Below, in pieces: positions 11,919-23,530 of a stretch of 64,000 bases of DNA; the first letter of the stretch is position 1, and each line of letters begins with the position of its first letter. The stretch is taken from contig CM059435.1 of NCBI GenBank assembly GCA_030390025.1, positions 89,218,001-89,282,000 of the forward strand, given 5' to 3'. Both the position numbers and the translations under genes were made by a program. The notes beneath the pieces are model-generated. The model was not told the DNA's origin, did not search any database, and saw only the letters and a program-made list of their open reading frames with translations. The DNA is from Squalus acanthias. Its lineage: Eukaryota.

Positions 11919-13028
11919 ATGGGGGCTCTACTTTCAGTCCCCCTCGCGCTTGAGTATCTTTGGCAGAAGGAGCACAGGCAGCGAAGAAGAGGAGAAAATG
12001 CACGCAGAGAGAGGAGGAAGAGGGCCAGGAGGCCTTACTCACCTAGGGTCTTCCAAGAGCACTTCTCTTATATCCACTTAAACGAGGAGCAGTGTAATAG
12101 GAGGCTCCGCTTCACCAAGGAGGTGGTTGCAGAACTCTGCCACCTCCTACAACCAGACCTGCAGCCTCAGAGCAGGGCGACCACGGCTCTCCCAGTGGCC
12201 CTCAAGGTCACTGTGGCGCTCTTCGCCAGTGGATCCTTCCAGCCTGCAGCAGGAGATATAGCTAACATCTCACATTTTGCTGTCCATTGCTGCATCCGGG
12301 AGGTCACAGAGGCTCTCTACATCAGGAGAAGGGACTACGTTGTCTTCTCTCTGAACTGAGAGAAGCAGGAGAAGCGCGCATGTGCCAGGATAGCGGGCTT
12401 CCCCATGGTGCAGGGCTTCATCGACTGCACCCACGTGGCTTTGCGGCAGCCGCATACTAATCCTGAGATCTCCCATAATCACAAAGGCTACCACTCACTT
12501 AATGTGCCATTGTTGTGCGACCATGTCCAGCGCATCCTGATGGTCACTGCCCGCTATCCTGGCAGCAGTCATGATGCCTTCAGCCTGCGTCAGTCCGGTG
12601 TGCCAGCAATCTTTCAGCCATCACGTCAAACCCGAGAGTGGCTGCTCAGAGACAAGGTCTATCTGCTCTGCACCTGGCTGATGACTCCCCTCCGCAACCC
12701 CAACACTCCTGCCACGCGTTCATATAATGAGAGCCATGCTGCCACCAGGAACATCATCGAGCAGACCATTGGGCTGCTGAAGCAACGGTTCTGCTACCTT
12801 GACCGCTGGGGAGGAGCCCTCCAGTACTTGGCAGAGCAGGTGTCCCATTTCATGTGGTCTGCTGCATGCTTCATAATTTGGCCATCAAGAGGGCCGCAGT
12901 CCATGCCAGCAGGGATTGCGGGACCACCTCAGGAAGAGGACAAGGGAGAGGAGGAGGACGAGGAGGAAGGGAGGAGGCAGGCAGCAAATCCCCCTTCTAA
13001 ACGCCTCATCAGACTCCGATTCGAGTGA
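11919..13028 (+). pseudogene. HARBI1-like DDE transposase, disrupted
   Basis: ORFs 11868-12359 and 12405-13028: MGALLSVPLAL.., [47 protein letters not shown], acidic tail; stop/indel near 12357-12400. Confidence 0.93.
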
Positions 13029-13176
13029 ATGAAACACCAGATCCCTGTTGCTTACCACATCCTCATCATACCATTCCTCTGTCATGGAATATTACAGTAT
13101 CCTCCTGGGCACAAAGCTGAAATGAGAGCCACCACAAAACACACATTCCAAACAAAATTAATACATTTATAAGTAT

Positions 13177-15078
13177 TCAATTAACAGTACAATATGCACC
13201 CTTGTGCAATCCCTTAATGCCTGTCGTTTGTGTGCCCTTTCCTACTCTGGTGCTCCTACGCAGTGCTCCCCCAGTGGCTGCAGCATGACTGGTGAAAGGC
13301 TGCTGAGTTTCTGTCGGGATGACTACAGATGGCCTTGCACGATGACCTCGACCAGCTGTGGACCTAGAAGGCCCGGCTGTAGTCTGCACCACCTCGGCAT
13401 GGACGGCAGCAGTCTGGGCTGGCTGGCTGACAGGCAGCAGGAAGGGCAATGGCAGAGTGGCAGTGGTGAGAGTAGGAATGCTGTCATCCTGAGAGAGGAC
13501 AGCAGGTTCCTGCTCCACAGACCCACTGTCACTCCCCCGGGACAGCGCCTCAGCATTCCTAGCAATCTGTTGGGAGGATAGATTGCTGGCCGGCTGCGAA
13601 ACCCTGTAAAGCCCCTTTCGAGACTTGTAAACCCAGCCACGATGGCAGCAGTTTGAACTTCCACTGCAGCAGTGAGACATTAGGTCACTTCCGCTTGTGT
13701 TGCAATGGAAGCTGCGACCTCGCCCATCACACACAACATCATGGCTTGGTCCACAAGGTCTCTCCTGGAGTTGTCCTCCATTTCCACCCTGGAAACCATG
13801 GGCTCCAAGCTCTGCGCAAAGCCCCATCCAATGTTGGAGCCAGACTCCTCCATGCTCCTTGACACTGACAAGAGGCTCTCTGGCAGGCTTGCCATTACAC
13901 TTAGGATTTCTGTGTGCATGCCCATCACCCTTCTTCTGAAGGCCGCCCCATCAAGGTCATCATCTGAGTCGTGTGCAGAACTCGTGTGTGAACTCGCCCT
14001 CCGGGGAGCTGGCCCCTGAGCTACCCTTTCCCTCTGGCCTTGCTGCAGCCCACTCGTGCCTGGTGCCTCACCATGTGCAGATCCCGCATCTATACTACCC
14101 TCTACATTCCACACAGTGCCAGTTTCTGAGCTGGTGTCTGCGAGTGTCAGATGCAGTGACTGTGTGCCTCCTTCTTCATCGCCACTCTCCTCCATGATCT
14201 CGGGGACAGGCTGTGCTGGTGGCAGTTCTTGGTCACCTGAAAGCAGAAAGGCACAAGAGTCGGGTTGTGGTGAGGGGAAGTGGGGGAAGCAAGATATCCG
14301 TGCATACACCATCAGCAGCTTGTAAGTGAGAAGAGATTCTGGGATGAAGGGGAAGTGGGATGTGAGAAGGAGGATTAGGAATGACCATACCGTTATTGTC
14401 CCCAAGGGCTTCAACTTTGCCCGTTGCCACGGCCTCGGTGACTTCCCCTCCAATGATGTCAAGCACCGTCTCCTCCAGTTGGCTCTTGGCCTGTAAAGCG
14501 GCTTGGCCGCCACCCGTCTGCCGCTGCTCGTGGCGTATGTGAGCCACCTTGGCCTGCAAGAGAAAGGGAAGTGTGTCAGTGAGTGTGGTGCAATGTGTTT
14601 GGGTGATGTGCCTGCCATAGATGAATAGCTGTCATTGTGTGCAAGTTGTGAGATGTGGGTGTGAGTATTGCAGCAGTGGTAAGGTTGTAAGGGTAATGTG
14701 AAGCTATGATTGTGAGGTATGAGTGGTGATAGGTAGAGATTGTTGGTGGTGAGTGATGGGGTGTGGTGCATGAGCAGTGTGTGAGACTTGTGGTGCAGAG
14801 GATGGGATATGGCATTTGCTGACGCCTTCACTCACCTTGACCTGCTGTGTGAAGTCATTAAACTTCTTGCGGCACTGGATCCATGTCCACAGTACGACAC
14901 TGTTTGCCATGACGTACCCGGCTATCTCTTGCCACAGCCTTCTCGAAGTGTGCTTTGATGGCTTTCTGCCACCCTGCGGGAACAGGACAAAATGCCTTCT
15001 CTCCACTGCCACTACCAATGCCTCGAGAGCCACATCGGAGAACCTTCTGGCTCATTCCCTGTGCTGTTGCTAAGCCAT
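13177..15078 (-). pseudogene. Harbinger Myb/SANT-like gene, 3 exons (15078-14836, 14553-14391, 14236-~13177), disrupted
   Basis: RFSDVALEALVVAVERR..LWQEIA..V..W.QCRKKFNDF; splice sites at the same positions as in element 1; premature stops at codons 3 and 9. Confidence 0.88.
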
Positions 15079-15767
15079 GTTTTCCAACTCTAATGACAAT
15101 GAGGTGCTGCTGCATCAAAGCACCTCCCCTTTAAGTAGTGGAGAGAGACTAGGCCAAACATTACTGGCCATTAGACTGCACCCGATATTGGCCCACCTGC
15201 TGAGTGGTAAGCCAACGAGCAGCGCGTTTAGCGCTGAGATCAGCACTCCAATCATGTAAATGAGCAGGCAGCACGAATTTTGCGTGCTGCCTGCACCACT
15301 TTGAAAGAGCGCAGCAAAATAGTGCTGGCCCATGACACTGCTCGTTTTCAGGCCATCTCCAATTTCTAGGCCATGGAATCTTACAGTACAGAAGGAGGCC
15401 ATTCAGCTCGTCGAGCCTGTGCTGGCTCTTTGATAGAGCTGTCCAATTTAGTCCCACATCCCAGCTTTTTCCCCATAACCTTGCAAATTAGTTCTCTTCA
15501 AATACATGTCCAATTGTTTTTTGAAAGGGCTTATGGAATTTGATGCCACCACCCTCTCAGGCAGTACATTCCAGATCTTAACACCCCGCTGTGTGAAAAA
15601 AATTCTCCTCATTTCCCCTCTAGTTCTTTTGCTAATTATTTTAAATCTATGACCTTTGGTTACCGACCCACTTGCCAGAGGCAACAGTTTCTCCCAACTT
15701 GCTGTATCAAAATCATCATCATTTTGAACACCTTTGGCTTTGTAAATAGGGGCATTGAATAAAGAAA

Positions 15768-15772
15768 CAGCC

Positions 15773-15814
<42 letters not shown>

Positions 15815-16225
15815 GTGGGTTCAGACACTTGAGCACAAAAATCTAGGCTGACACTCCAGTGCGATACTGAGGGAGTGCTGCACAGTTGGAGGTGCCGTCT
15901 TTCGGATGAGACGTTAAACCGAGGCCTCGTTTGCTTTCTCAGGTGGACGTAAAAGATCGCACGGCAATATTTCGAAGAAGAGCAGGGGAGTTATCCCCTG
16001 TGTCCTGGCCAATATTTATCCCTCAATCAACATCACTAAAACAAATTATCTGCTCATTATCACATCGCTGCTTGTGGGAGCTTGCTGTGTGCAAATTGGC
16101 TGCCGCATTTCCTACATTACAACAGTGACTACACTTCAAAAAAAGTACTTAATTCACTGTAAAGCACTTTGGGATGTCCGGTGGTCGTGAAAGGCGCTAT
16201 ATAAATGCAAGTCTTTCTTTTCTTT
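15768..16225 (+). mobile_element. tRNA-derived DeuSINE (SacSINE1-like), near full length
   Basis: A-box tggctcagtggg, degenerate B-box ggttcaga, Deu-domain gagacgttaaaccgagg..aaagatc..gaagagcagggg..gtcctggccaa, L2-like tail aaggcgctatataaatgcaag. Confidence 0.88.
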
Positions 16226-16296
16226 TATTTGTGAATATACACCCCCAGGTCCCTCTGCTCTTGCACCCCCTCAAAATAGTACCATTTAGATTATAC

Positions 16297-16444
16297 AAAA
16301 GCAAAATACTGCAGATGCTGGAAATCTGAAATAAAAACAGAAAATGCTGGAAATACTCAGCAGGTCAGGCAGCATCTGTGGAGAGAGAAACAGAGTTAAC
16401 GTTTCAGGTCGATGACCCTTCGTCAGAACTGGGTCATCGACCTG
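16297..16444 (-). mobile_element. Penelope-like pLTR fragment with inverted 5' end and 13-bp TSD
   Basis: TSD ATTTAGATTATAC at 16284-16296 and 16445-16457; internal inversion tcaggtcgatgaccc..gggtcatcgacctga; related copies at 21745, 31568, 61285. Confidence 0.78.
16394..16430 (-). ncRNA. Putative minimal hammerhead ribozyme
   Basis: Minus strand AGUU-CUGACGA-AGGGUC-AUC-GACCU-GAAAC-GUU-AACU: core boxes, stem II, 4-bp stem I, ACGU palindrome in place of stem III. Confidence 0.6.
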
Positions 16445-17582
16445 ATTTAGATTATACCGCCTCTCCATGTTGTTCCTCCCAAAGTACATCACTTCACACT
16501 TATCCGCATTAAATTGCATCTACCATGTGTCCACCCATTTCATCAGTCTGTGTATGTCCTCCTGAAGTCTGCTACAATCCTGCTCACTATTTACTACGCT
16601 GCCAAGTTTTGTATCATCCGCAAACTTCAAAATTGTACTCCCTATACCCAAGTCCAGGTCATTTATATATAACAAGTAAAGCAACGGTCCGAATACTCAC
16701 CCCTGGGGGACCCCAGAAAAACATCCGTTCACCACTACTCTCTGCCTCCTATCCCTTAGCCAATTACGTACCCAAGTTACCACCGTTCCTTTAATAATAA
16801 TGTGTCTATTTCCTGAATAAGTCTGTATGTGGTACTTTATCAGATGCCTTTTGAAAGTCCATATCTACAGCAGATATTGCACTACCGTCATCAATCCTCT
16901 CTGTTACTTCATCAAAGAACTCAATCAGGTTAATCAGACATGATTTGCCTTTAACAAATCAGTGCTGGCTGTCCCTTATTAACTCATGCTTCTTCAAGTG
17001 AGAATTAATTTTGTCGTTGACAATGGTCTGTAATAGTTTCCCCACCACTGACATTAGGCTGATTGTCCAGTAGTTACCAGGTTTATCCCTCTCCTTTTTT
17101 TTTGAACAGCGGTGTAACATTTACAATCCTCCAGTCCTCTGGCACTGCTCTCATATCCAAGGAGGATTGAAAGATTGTGGTCAGAACGTCTGCTATCTCC
17201 ACCCTGCAACCTAGGATGCATCCCATCTGGACCGGATGAATTAGTAACTTTGAGTGATACCAACCTATTTAGCACCCCCTTTCCATCTATTTTTATACTA
17301 TCCAATATCTCCACTTGCACCTCCTTTACTGCAACATTAACTTCATCGTCTTCTTTTGTGAAGACAGGTGCAAAGTACTCATTCAGTACCTCAGTCATGC
17401 CCTCTGCCTCCACAATAAGATTTCCTTTTTTGTCCCTACTCAGCCCCACAATTCCTTTAACTATCCTTTTACTTTTTATATGTTTATAAAAGAATTTTGG
17501 GTTCCCTTTTATGTTACCCGCTAATCTTTTCTCATACTTTCTCTTTGGCCTTCTTATATCCTTTTTCAATTTCCCCCTGCAC

Positions 17583-19120
17583 TAGAAAAACATCCAAAGG
17601 CACTTCACAGAAGCATAATCAGGTGAAAAAATGGGCACCAAGTTGCAGAAGGAGATATTAGGAGCGGTGACCAAAAGCTTGGATGATCAAAGAAATGGGT
17701 TTTATGGAGGGTCTTAACAGAGGAGAGGAAGGTGGAGAGGCAGAGAGATTTAGGGAGGGAATCCCAGAGCGTAGGGCCTAGATGTTTGAAGGCACGGCTG
17801 TCAATGGTGGGACAAAGAAGGGGACGCACAAGTGGCCAGAGTCAGAAGGATGCATAATTCTGCGATGTTGTAGGACTGGGGGAAGTTATGAAGACAGGGA
17901 CAGGTGAGGCCATGGAGGTATTTAACCATGAGGTTGAGAATTTTAAATTTGAGGTACTCGGGGACCGGGAGCCAATGTAGGTCAGCGAGAACAGGGGAGA
18001 TAGGTGAGTGGAACTTGGTATGGGATAGGATATGGGCTGCAGTGTTTTGGATGAGCTGAAGTTTATAGAGGATGGAGAATGAGAAAGCAGCCAGGAGAGC
18101 ATTGGAATAGTTGAGTCTGGAGATGAAAAAGGAATGGATGAGGGCTTTAGCAGCAGATGGGCTGAGGAGAGGGGGAGGTGAGCAATGTTATGGAGGTGGA
18201 GGTAGGTGGTCTTTGTGATGGAGAGGTTATGGGGTTGGAAGCTCAGCTTGGAGTTGAATAGGATGCTGAGGCTGCGAGCAGTCTGTGGACGGGGATGGAA
18301 TCATTGGCAAGGTTTCCATTGTTTAATTGGAGGAAATTGCTGCTCATCCAAGACTGAATGTTGGACAAGCTGGTAGTGGTCGGCCACAATTCCCAATTTT
18401 CCCACCATTTCCCTCACAATCCCACCCAATTTCAGGTGGGGGTCATGGATGAAAATCTAGTCCAATAATTTATGCTGGAAGTATAAAGAGGCGGAGGTTG
18501 TAAATAGTCTAGTCCAACCTGAGACAGTGGCCAGGGAATGGATGGAATCAGTGACAAGAGTACAGAATCTGTGGCGGGGGCTGAAGATGATGGGATCAGT
18601 CTTCCCAATGTTTAACTGGAGGAAATTGCAGCTCATCCAAAACTGGGTGTCGGACAAGCAGTCTGACAACACAGGGGCAGTACAGAGGTCACGAGGGGTG
18701 GAGTAGAGGTATAGCTGGGCGTCATCAGCGTACATGTGGTAGCTGAGCTCGCATCTGCGAATGATGTCGCCAAGGGGCAGCATGTAGATGAGGAAGAGGA
18801 GAGCGCCAAGTACAGATCATTAGGGGACTCTGGAGATAACAATGCGGGTGTGGAAAGAAAAGCCTTTGCTGGAGATGCTCTGGCTATGATTGAATAGATA
18901 AGAGTGGAACCAAACAAGGGCAATTACACCAAGTTGGATAATGGAGGAATGGTGTTGGAGGTTGATGGTGTAGTCCACCGTGTCAAAGACTACAGAAAGG
19001 TCAAGGAGGATAAGGAGATTTAATGCACCAAGGCCACAGAAGATTTTATTTGTAACTTTGATTTGGGCTGTTTCAGTATTGTGGCAGGACTGGAGACCTG
19101 ATTGGAGAGATTTAAACATA
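17583..19120 (-). mobile_element. L2 LINE fragments (RT and 3' end)
   Basis: FKSLQSG..HNTETA, LLDLSVVFDTVD, YHMYADDAQLY, FLQLNIGKT. Confidence 0.9.
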
Positions 19121-20004
19121 GCATTGCAGGAAAGGTGGCCACAGATTTAACTCATTAACTTGAATTTTTCTTTTCAGATTTAAGATTATATCTGAACTGT
19201 ATTGACCCCAATCAAATATAGTCATGGATTCCAGCACTTTCAATACATAATATCCAGCAGGCACCAGAACCATGTTGCTAATGGAAAACATTGGCTGTGA
19301 AATCATTATGACACATTTAAGGAAGTTGAACAGAAGTTACTGTTAGTAATATTAATGGATGAATGCTTAAAGCACTTGTAAGCCATTTGTTTGTTGCTAT
19401 TTTAGTGGTGGAATTAACCCATTTAAAATAAGTGGGCTAAAACATGCATTAAAATAGAGTATAAAGGAATGTCACACAAGGCATTAGGCATTCACCATGA
19501 ATATTGCCGACAGTAATTTCTAGTTTTTTGTTGCTGATCCCAGTGATCACATTCATTGAGCAATTGATAATGTTATCCTATTATTGGGCTGAATTCAAAT
19601 ACACCTTTAGACAGTTCCATTACACAGCCCCATTCTCCAGGACAGCATCTTTACTTTTCCTTGGTTTTGCCCTCAGGTTCTACATTTATTTTTGGCTAGT
19701 CATCTGCGCATGAAGGCAAGGAATGGGTCATATTGACTTGAGTATGCACCCTATGTCTAAATTTCTTTGGATTCTGACCATAGTAATATGGAAACCATCA
19801 TAAAATTGTACACGTGTCTTCCGCACATCAAAATTTGTCTTCCTTTCAAATGGATGAAGTTCAAGGTGTCTGCCAGCAGCCATTCCATTTACTCGTGCCA
19901 GCAGTAAATTTGAATCTATTTTGTTAATCGCCATACAATTTATTTTCAAACTGAATGCAATTGGATAAAATCCAAGATGGTTGCCCAGCAACAATTCCAT
20001 TTCA

Positions 20005-20865
20005 GAGAACCATAGAATGGTTACAGCCCATCGAGCCTGTGCCGGCTCTCTGCAACAGCACTTCAGCTAGTCCCACTCCCCCCGCCCTTTCCCCTGTAGC
20101 CCTGCAAATTTTTTTCCTTCAGGTACTTATCCAACTCCCTTTTGAAAGCCGTGATTGAGTCTGCCTCCACCACCCTTTCAGGCACTGCATTCCAGATCCT
20201 AACCACTTGCTGCGTAAAAATGTTTTTCCTCATGTCGCCTTTGGACACATACTCCAGTTGAGGCCGAACCAGTGTTTTATACAGGATCATAATTTCCTTG
20301 CTTTTGTACTCTATACCTCTATTCATGAAGCCCAGGATCCCGTATGCTTTTTTAACTGCTTTCTCAACCTGCCCTGCCATCTTAACGATTTGTGCACAAA
20401 TACCCCTAAGTCTCTTTGTTCATGCACCCCCTTTAGGATTGTACCCTTTAGTTTATATTTCCTCTCTTCATTCTTTCTACCAAAATGTATCCCTTCGCAC
20501 TTTTCTGCGTTAAATTTAATCTGCCACGTGTCTGCCCATTCCACCAGCCTGTCTATGTCCTCTTGAAGTCCATCATCATCCTCCTCAAGTTTTGTGCCAA
20601 CTGCAAATATTGAAATTGTGCCCTGTACACCCACATCCAAGTCATTAATATATATCAAGAAAGGCAGTGGTCATAGAACCGACCCCTGGGGAACACCACT
20701 GTGTACCTTCCTCCAGTCCGAAAAACAACTGTTCACCACTACTCTCTGTTTCCTGTCACTTAGCCAATTTTGTATCCATGCTGCCACTGTCCCTTTTATT
20801 CCATGGGCTTCAACTTTGCTGGCAAGCCTATTATGTGGCACTTTGTCGAATGCCTTTTGGAAATC
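20005..20865 (-). mobile_element. CR1 LINE 3' portion
   Basis: [29 protein letters not shown]; reverse tail accatagaat. Confidence 0.9.
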
Positions 20866-20994
20866 ACAATAACTTTAAAACTGTTCAATTAATCATCACC
20901 AAATATTACATGCAACCTCCAACAGTACAAATCTCAATGTGCTTTTAAACTGAGCAAGCAACAGCTTATAAAATCAGTGAAAATTGGTCGCCCT

Positions 20995-21125
20995 TTCAGA
21001 CTAGGGAGAGAAGTAGAGAGGCAGAGAGGTTTAGGGAGGGAATTCCAGCGCTTAGGGCCTAGGCGCTGAAGGCACGACTGCCAATGGCAGCAGGGATGCA
21101 GTGAGAAGTGAGAACACAAAGGGAG
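20995..21125 (-). mobile_element. L2 3' fragment
   Basis: WNSLPKPL-coding sequence matching 17740-17800. Confidence 0.7.
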
Positions 21126-21744
21126 GCAAGACATGGTGGCAACAAGAGCAGGGTCAGGCAGTGGCAGCAGCACAAATGGGGCAGCCGGTAGCAGCAACAG
21201 ATGAGGGGCAGATGGTGAGAAGAATGGGTAATGGTGGCAATAATAGGGTAGGACCAGATGGACTTGGGAGTTGCACCTGGGAGGACCAAGGCTGAAGTTG
21301 ATCATACAATCAACTCTAGCCAATCACAGGTCAATATAGTCAATAGATTAGTACCACAGTGCCACCTAGCTTGAAGCCTCAGCTAGAAGGATTGAATCAG
21401 CACTGAATCCTAGCTCAGTATAATAAATAGGAAAACTGAAGCATGACATTAAAACATGATGGGAATAGCGAGATAGAAAAATTGAGACAGAATAAAGTGT
21501 TGCAGGATATTACACTTATATCAGGGCAGACAGACAATCTGTGTCCTGCAAGACAGTAGAACCTGCGGAATGTTCACTTTGATAGTGATTGGTTCATTTT
21601 TAGAAAGCATGTATGATGGGCTTTGTGAGAGTGCGAAGCAAAGTAAGCTGAAGAAAATATGAGGTAAATAATAATAATAACTGCTGACATTTTTTGTAAT
21701 AATTTGCGGTGAGAACAATGCAAGTTTTTTTCACTTTTGTAGAC

Positions 21745-21836
21745 TAAAACAGAAAATGCTGGAAATACTCAGGTCAGGCAGTATCCTTGGAGAGAGAAAC
21801 AAAGCTAACTTTTCAGGTCGATGATCTTTCATCAGC
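21745..21836 (-). mobile_element. Penelope-type pLTR fragment with hammerhead-like core (CUGAUGA..GAAA)
   Basis: Homologous to 16333-16426; minus strand gctgatgaaagatcatcgacctgaaaagttagc. Confidence 0.7.
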
Positions 21837-22056
21837 TTTTGTTATTATTTTAGTTACCCCACAGGCTTCAGAGATAAATCATAGTTCGAAAATGTGTTAA
21901 AGATTACTTAAAAGTAAATGTGCAAATGTAGAATTATTTTATACACTGGCCAAACTGCCAGGAACATGAACTTTGCAGTTTTTAAAATCATTGTATAATA
22001 TACTGTATAATTTGAGAATGTTACTTTTTATTTGTATTAGGACAAACTTATTAAAT

Positions 22057-23530
22057 TCATAGAATTATGGCATCTTACTGTACAGAGGAAGGCTATTTGG
22101 CCCATCATACATGTGCCAGCTCTTTGAAAGAGCTATCCAATTAGTCCCACTTTCTCCATGGCCCTGCAAATCTTTCCTTTTCAAGTATATATTAAATTCC
22201 CTTTTGAAAGTTACTATTAAATCTGTTTCCACCGCCCTTTCAGGCATTGCATTCCAGATCATAACAACTTGGTGCATAAAAAAAAAATCCTCATTTCCCT
22301 TCTGGTTGTTTTGCCAATTATCTTAAATCTCTGTCCTCTGGTTACCAACCAGTGGAAACAGTTTCTCCTTATTTACTCTATCAAAACCCTTCATAATTTT
22401 TAACATCTTTATTAAATTTCCCCATAACCTTCTCTGTTTTCAGGAGAACAATCACAGCTTCTCTAATCTATCCACACAACTGAGGTCCTTCATTCGCGGT
22501 ATTATTCTGGTAGATTATTCTAACAGTGTCAGCTGTGGCTCAGTGGGTAGCACTCTCGCCTCTGAGTCAGAAGGTTGTGGGTTCATAGTCCCACTCCAGG
22601 GACTTGAGCACAATAAATCTAGGCTGACACTCCAGTGGCACTATTTCGAAGAAGAGCAGGAGAGTTATCCCTGGTGCCCTGGTCAATATTTATCCCTCAA
22701 TCAACATCACTAAAACAGATTATCTGGTCATTATCACATTGCTGTTTGTGGGAGCTTGCTGTGTGCAAATTGGCTGCTGCGTTTCCTACATTACAACAGT
22801 GACTACACTTCAAAAAGTACTTCACTGGCTGTTTTGAGACGTCCGGTGGTTGTGAAAGGCGCTATATAAATGCAAGTCTTTCTTTCTTAAATCTCCTCTG
22901 TATCCTCTCCAAGGTCTTGACATCCTTCCTAAAGTGTGGTGCCCAGAATTGAACACAATACTCTAGCTGAGGCCTAACTAGTGATTTATAAAGATTTAGC
23001 ATAACATTCCTTGCTTTTATACTGTATGCCTCTATTTATAAAGGTAAGGATCCCATATGTTTTTTTAACAGCTTCATCAACTTGTCCTGCCACTTTCAAA
23101 GATTTGTGTATCTGAACCCCCAGGTCTCTCTGGTCCTGTACTTCCTTTAAAATTGTACCATTTAGTTTATATTGCCTCTCCTCATTCTTAAACCTAAAAT
23201 GCATCACATCATATTTCTCTGCATTAAATTTCATCTGCCACGTGTCTGCCCATTTCACCAATCTGTCTATGTCCTCCTGAGGTCTGCTACTATCCTGCTC
23301 ACTGTTTACTACATTTCCAAGTTTTGTGTCATCTGCAAACCTAGAAATTGTGTCCCTATACCTAAGTCCAGGTCATATATATATATTATATGTATCAAAA
23401 AGAGCAGTGGTCCTAATATTGACCCCTGGGGATATCACTGAATTCTTCCCTCCATTCTGAAAGAACAACCATTTACCACTGCTCTCTACTTTCTGTCCTT
23501 TAACCAATTTCATTGCCATGCTGCCACTGC
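22057..23530 (-). mobile_element. CR1 LINE 3' portion interrupted by a SINE
   Basis: WADTWQMKFNAEK, QRDLGVQIHKSLK, WNAMPERAV; reverse tail catagaat. Confidence 0.9.
22529..22888 (+). mobile_element. DeuSINE (SacSINE1-like) with internal deletion
   Basis: Matches 15768-16225 but lacks ~100 bp of the Deu domain. Confidence 0.88.

Larger units (their letters stand above)
11463..15372. mobile_element. Full-length PIF/Harbinger DNA transposon (second family, decayed)
   Basis: TIRs GGCATAGAAATTG / CAATTTCTAGGCC (12/13); transposase on +, Myb/SANT gene on -, convergent. Confidence 0.92.
15373..17580 (-). mobile_element. CR1 LINE (5'-truncated, ORF2 RT relic) interrupted by a SINE and a Penelope-type insert
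   Basis: Peptides GEMRRIFFTQRGVKIWN, MQFNADKCEVMYFG, KGNPKFFYKHIKSKR, SGPDGMHPR. Confidence 0.9.

Noticed and set aside
13680-14831. 383-aa ORF as a single CDS
   Set aside because: The N-terminal half reads through introns of the Myb gene; only 14236-13680 is real exon frame.
15768-15830. tRNA gene
   Set aside because: A/B boxes belong to a SINE head; no cloverleaf, and it continues into the SINE body.
19728-20000. Possible host exon
   Set aside because: No recognisable homology or convincing donor site.
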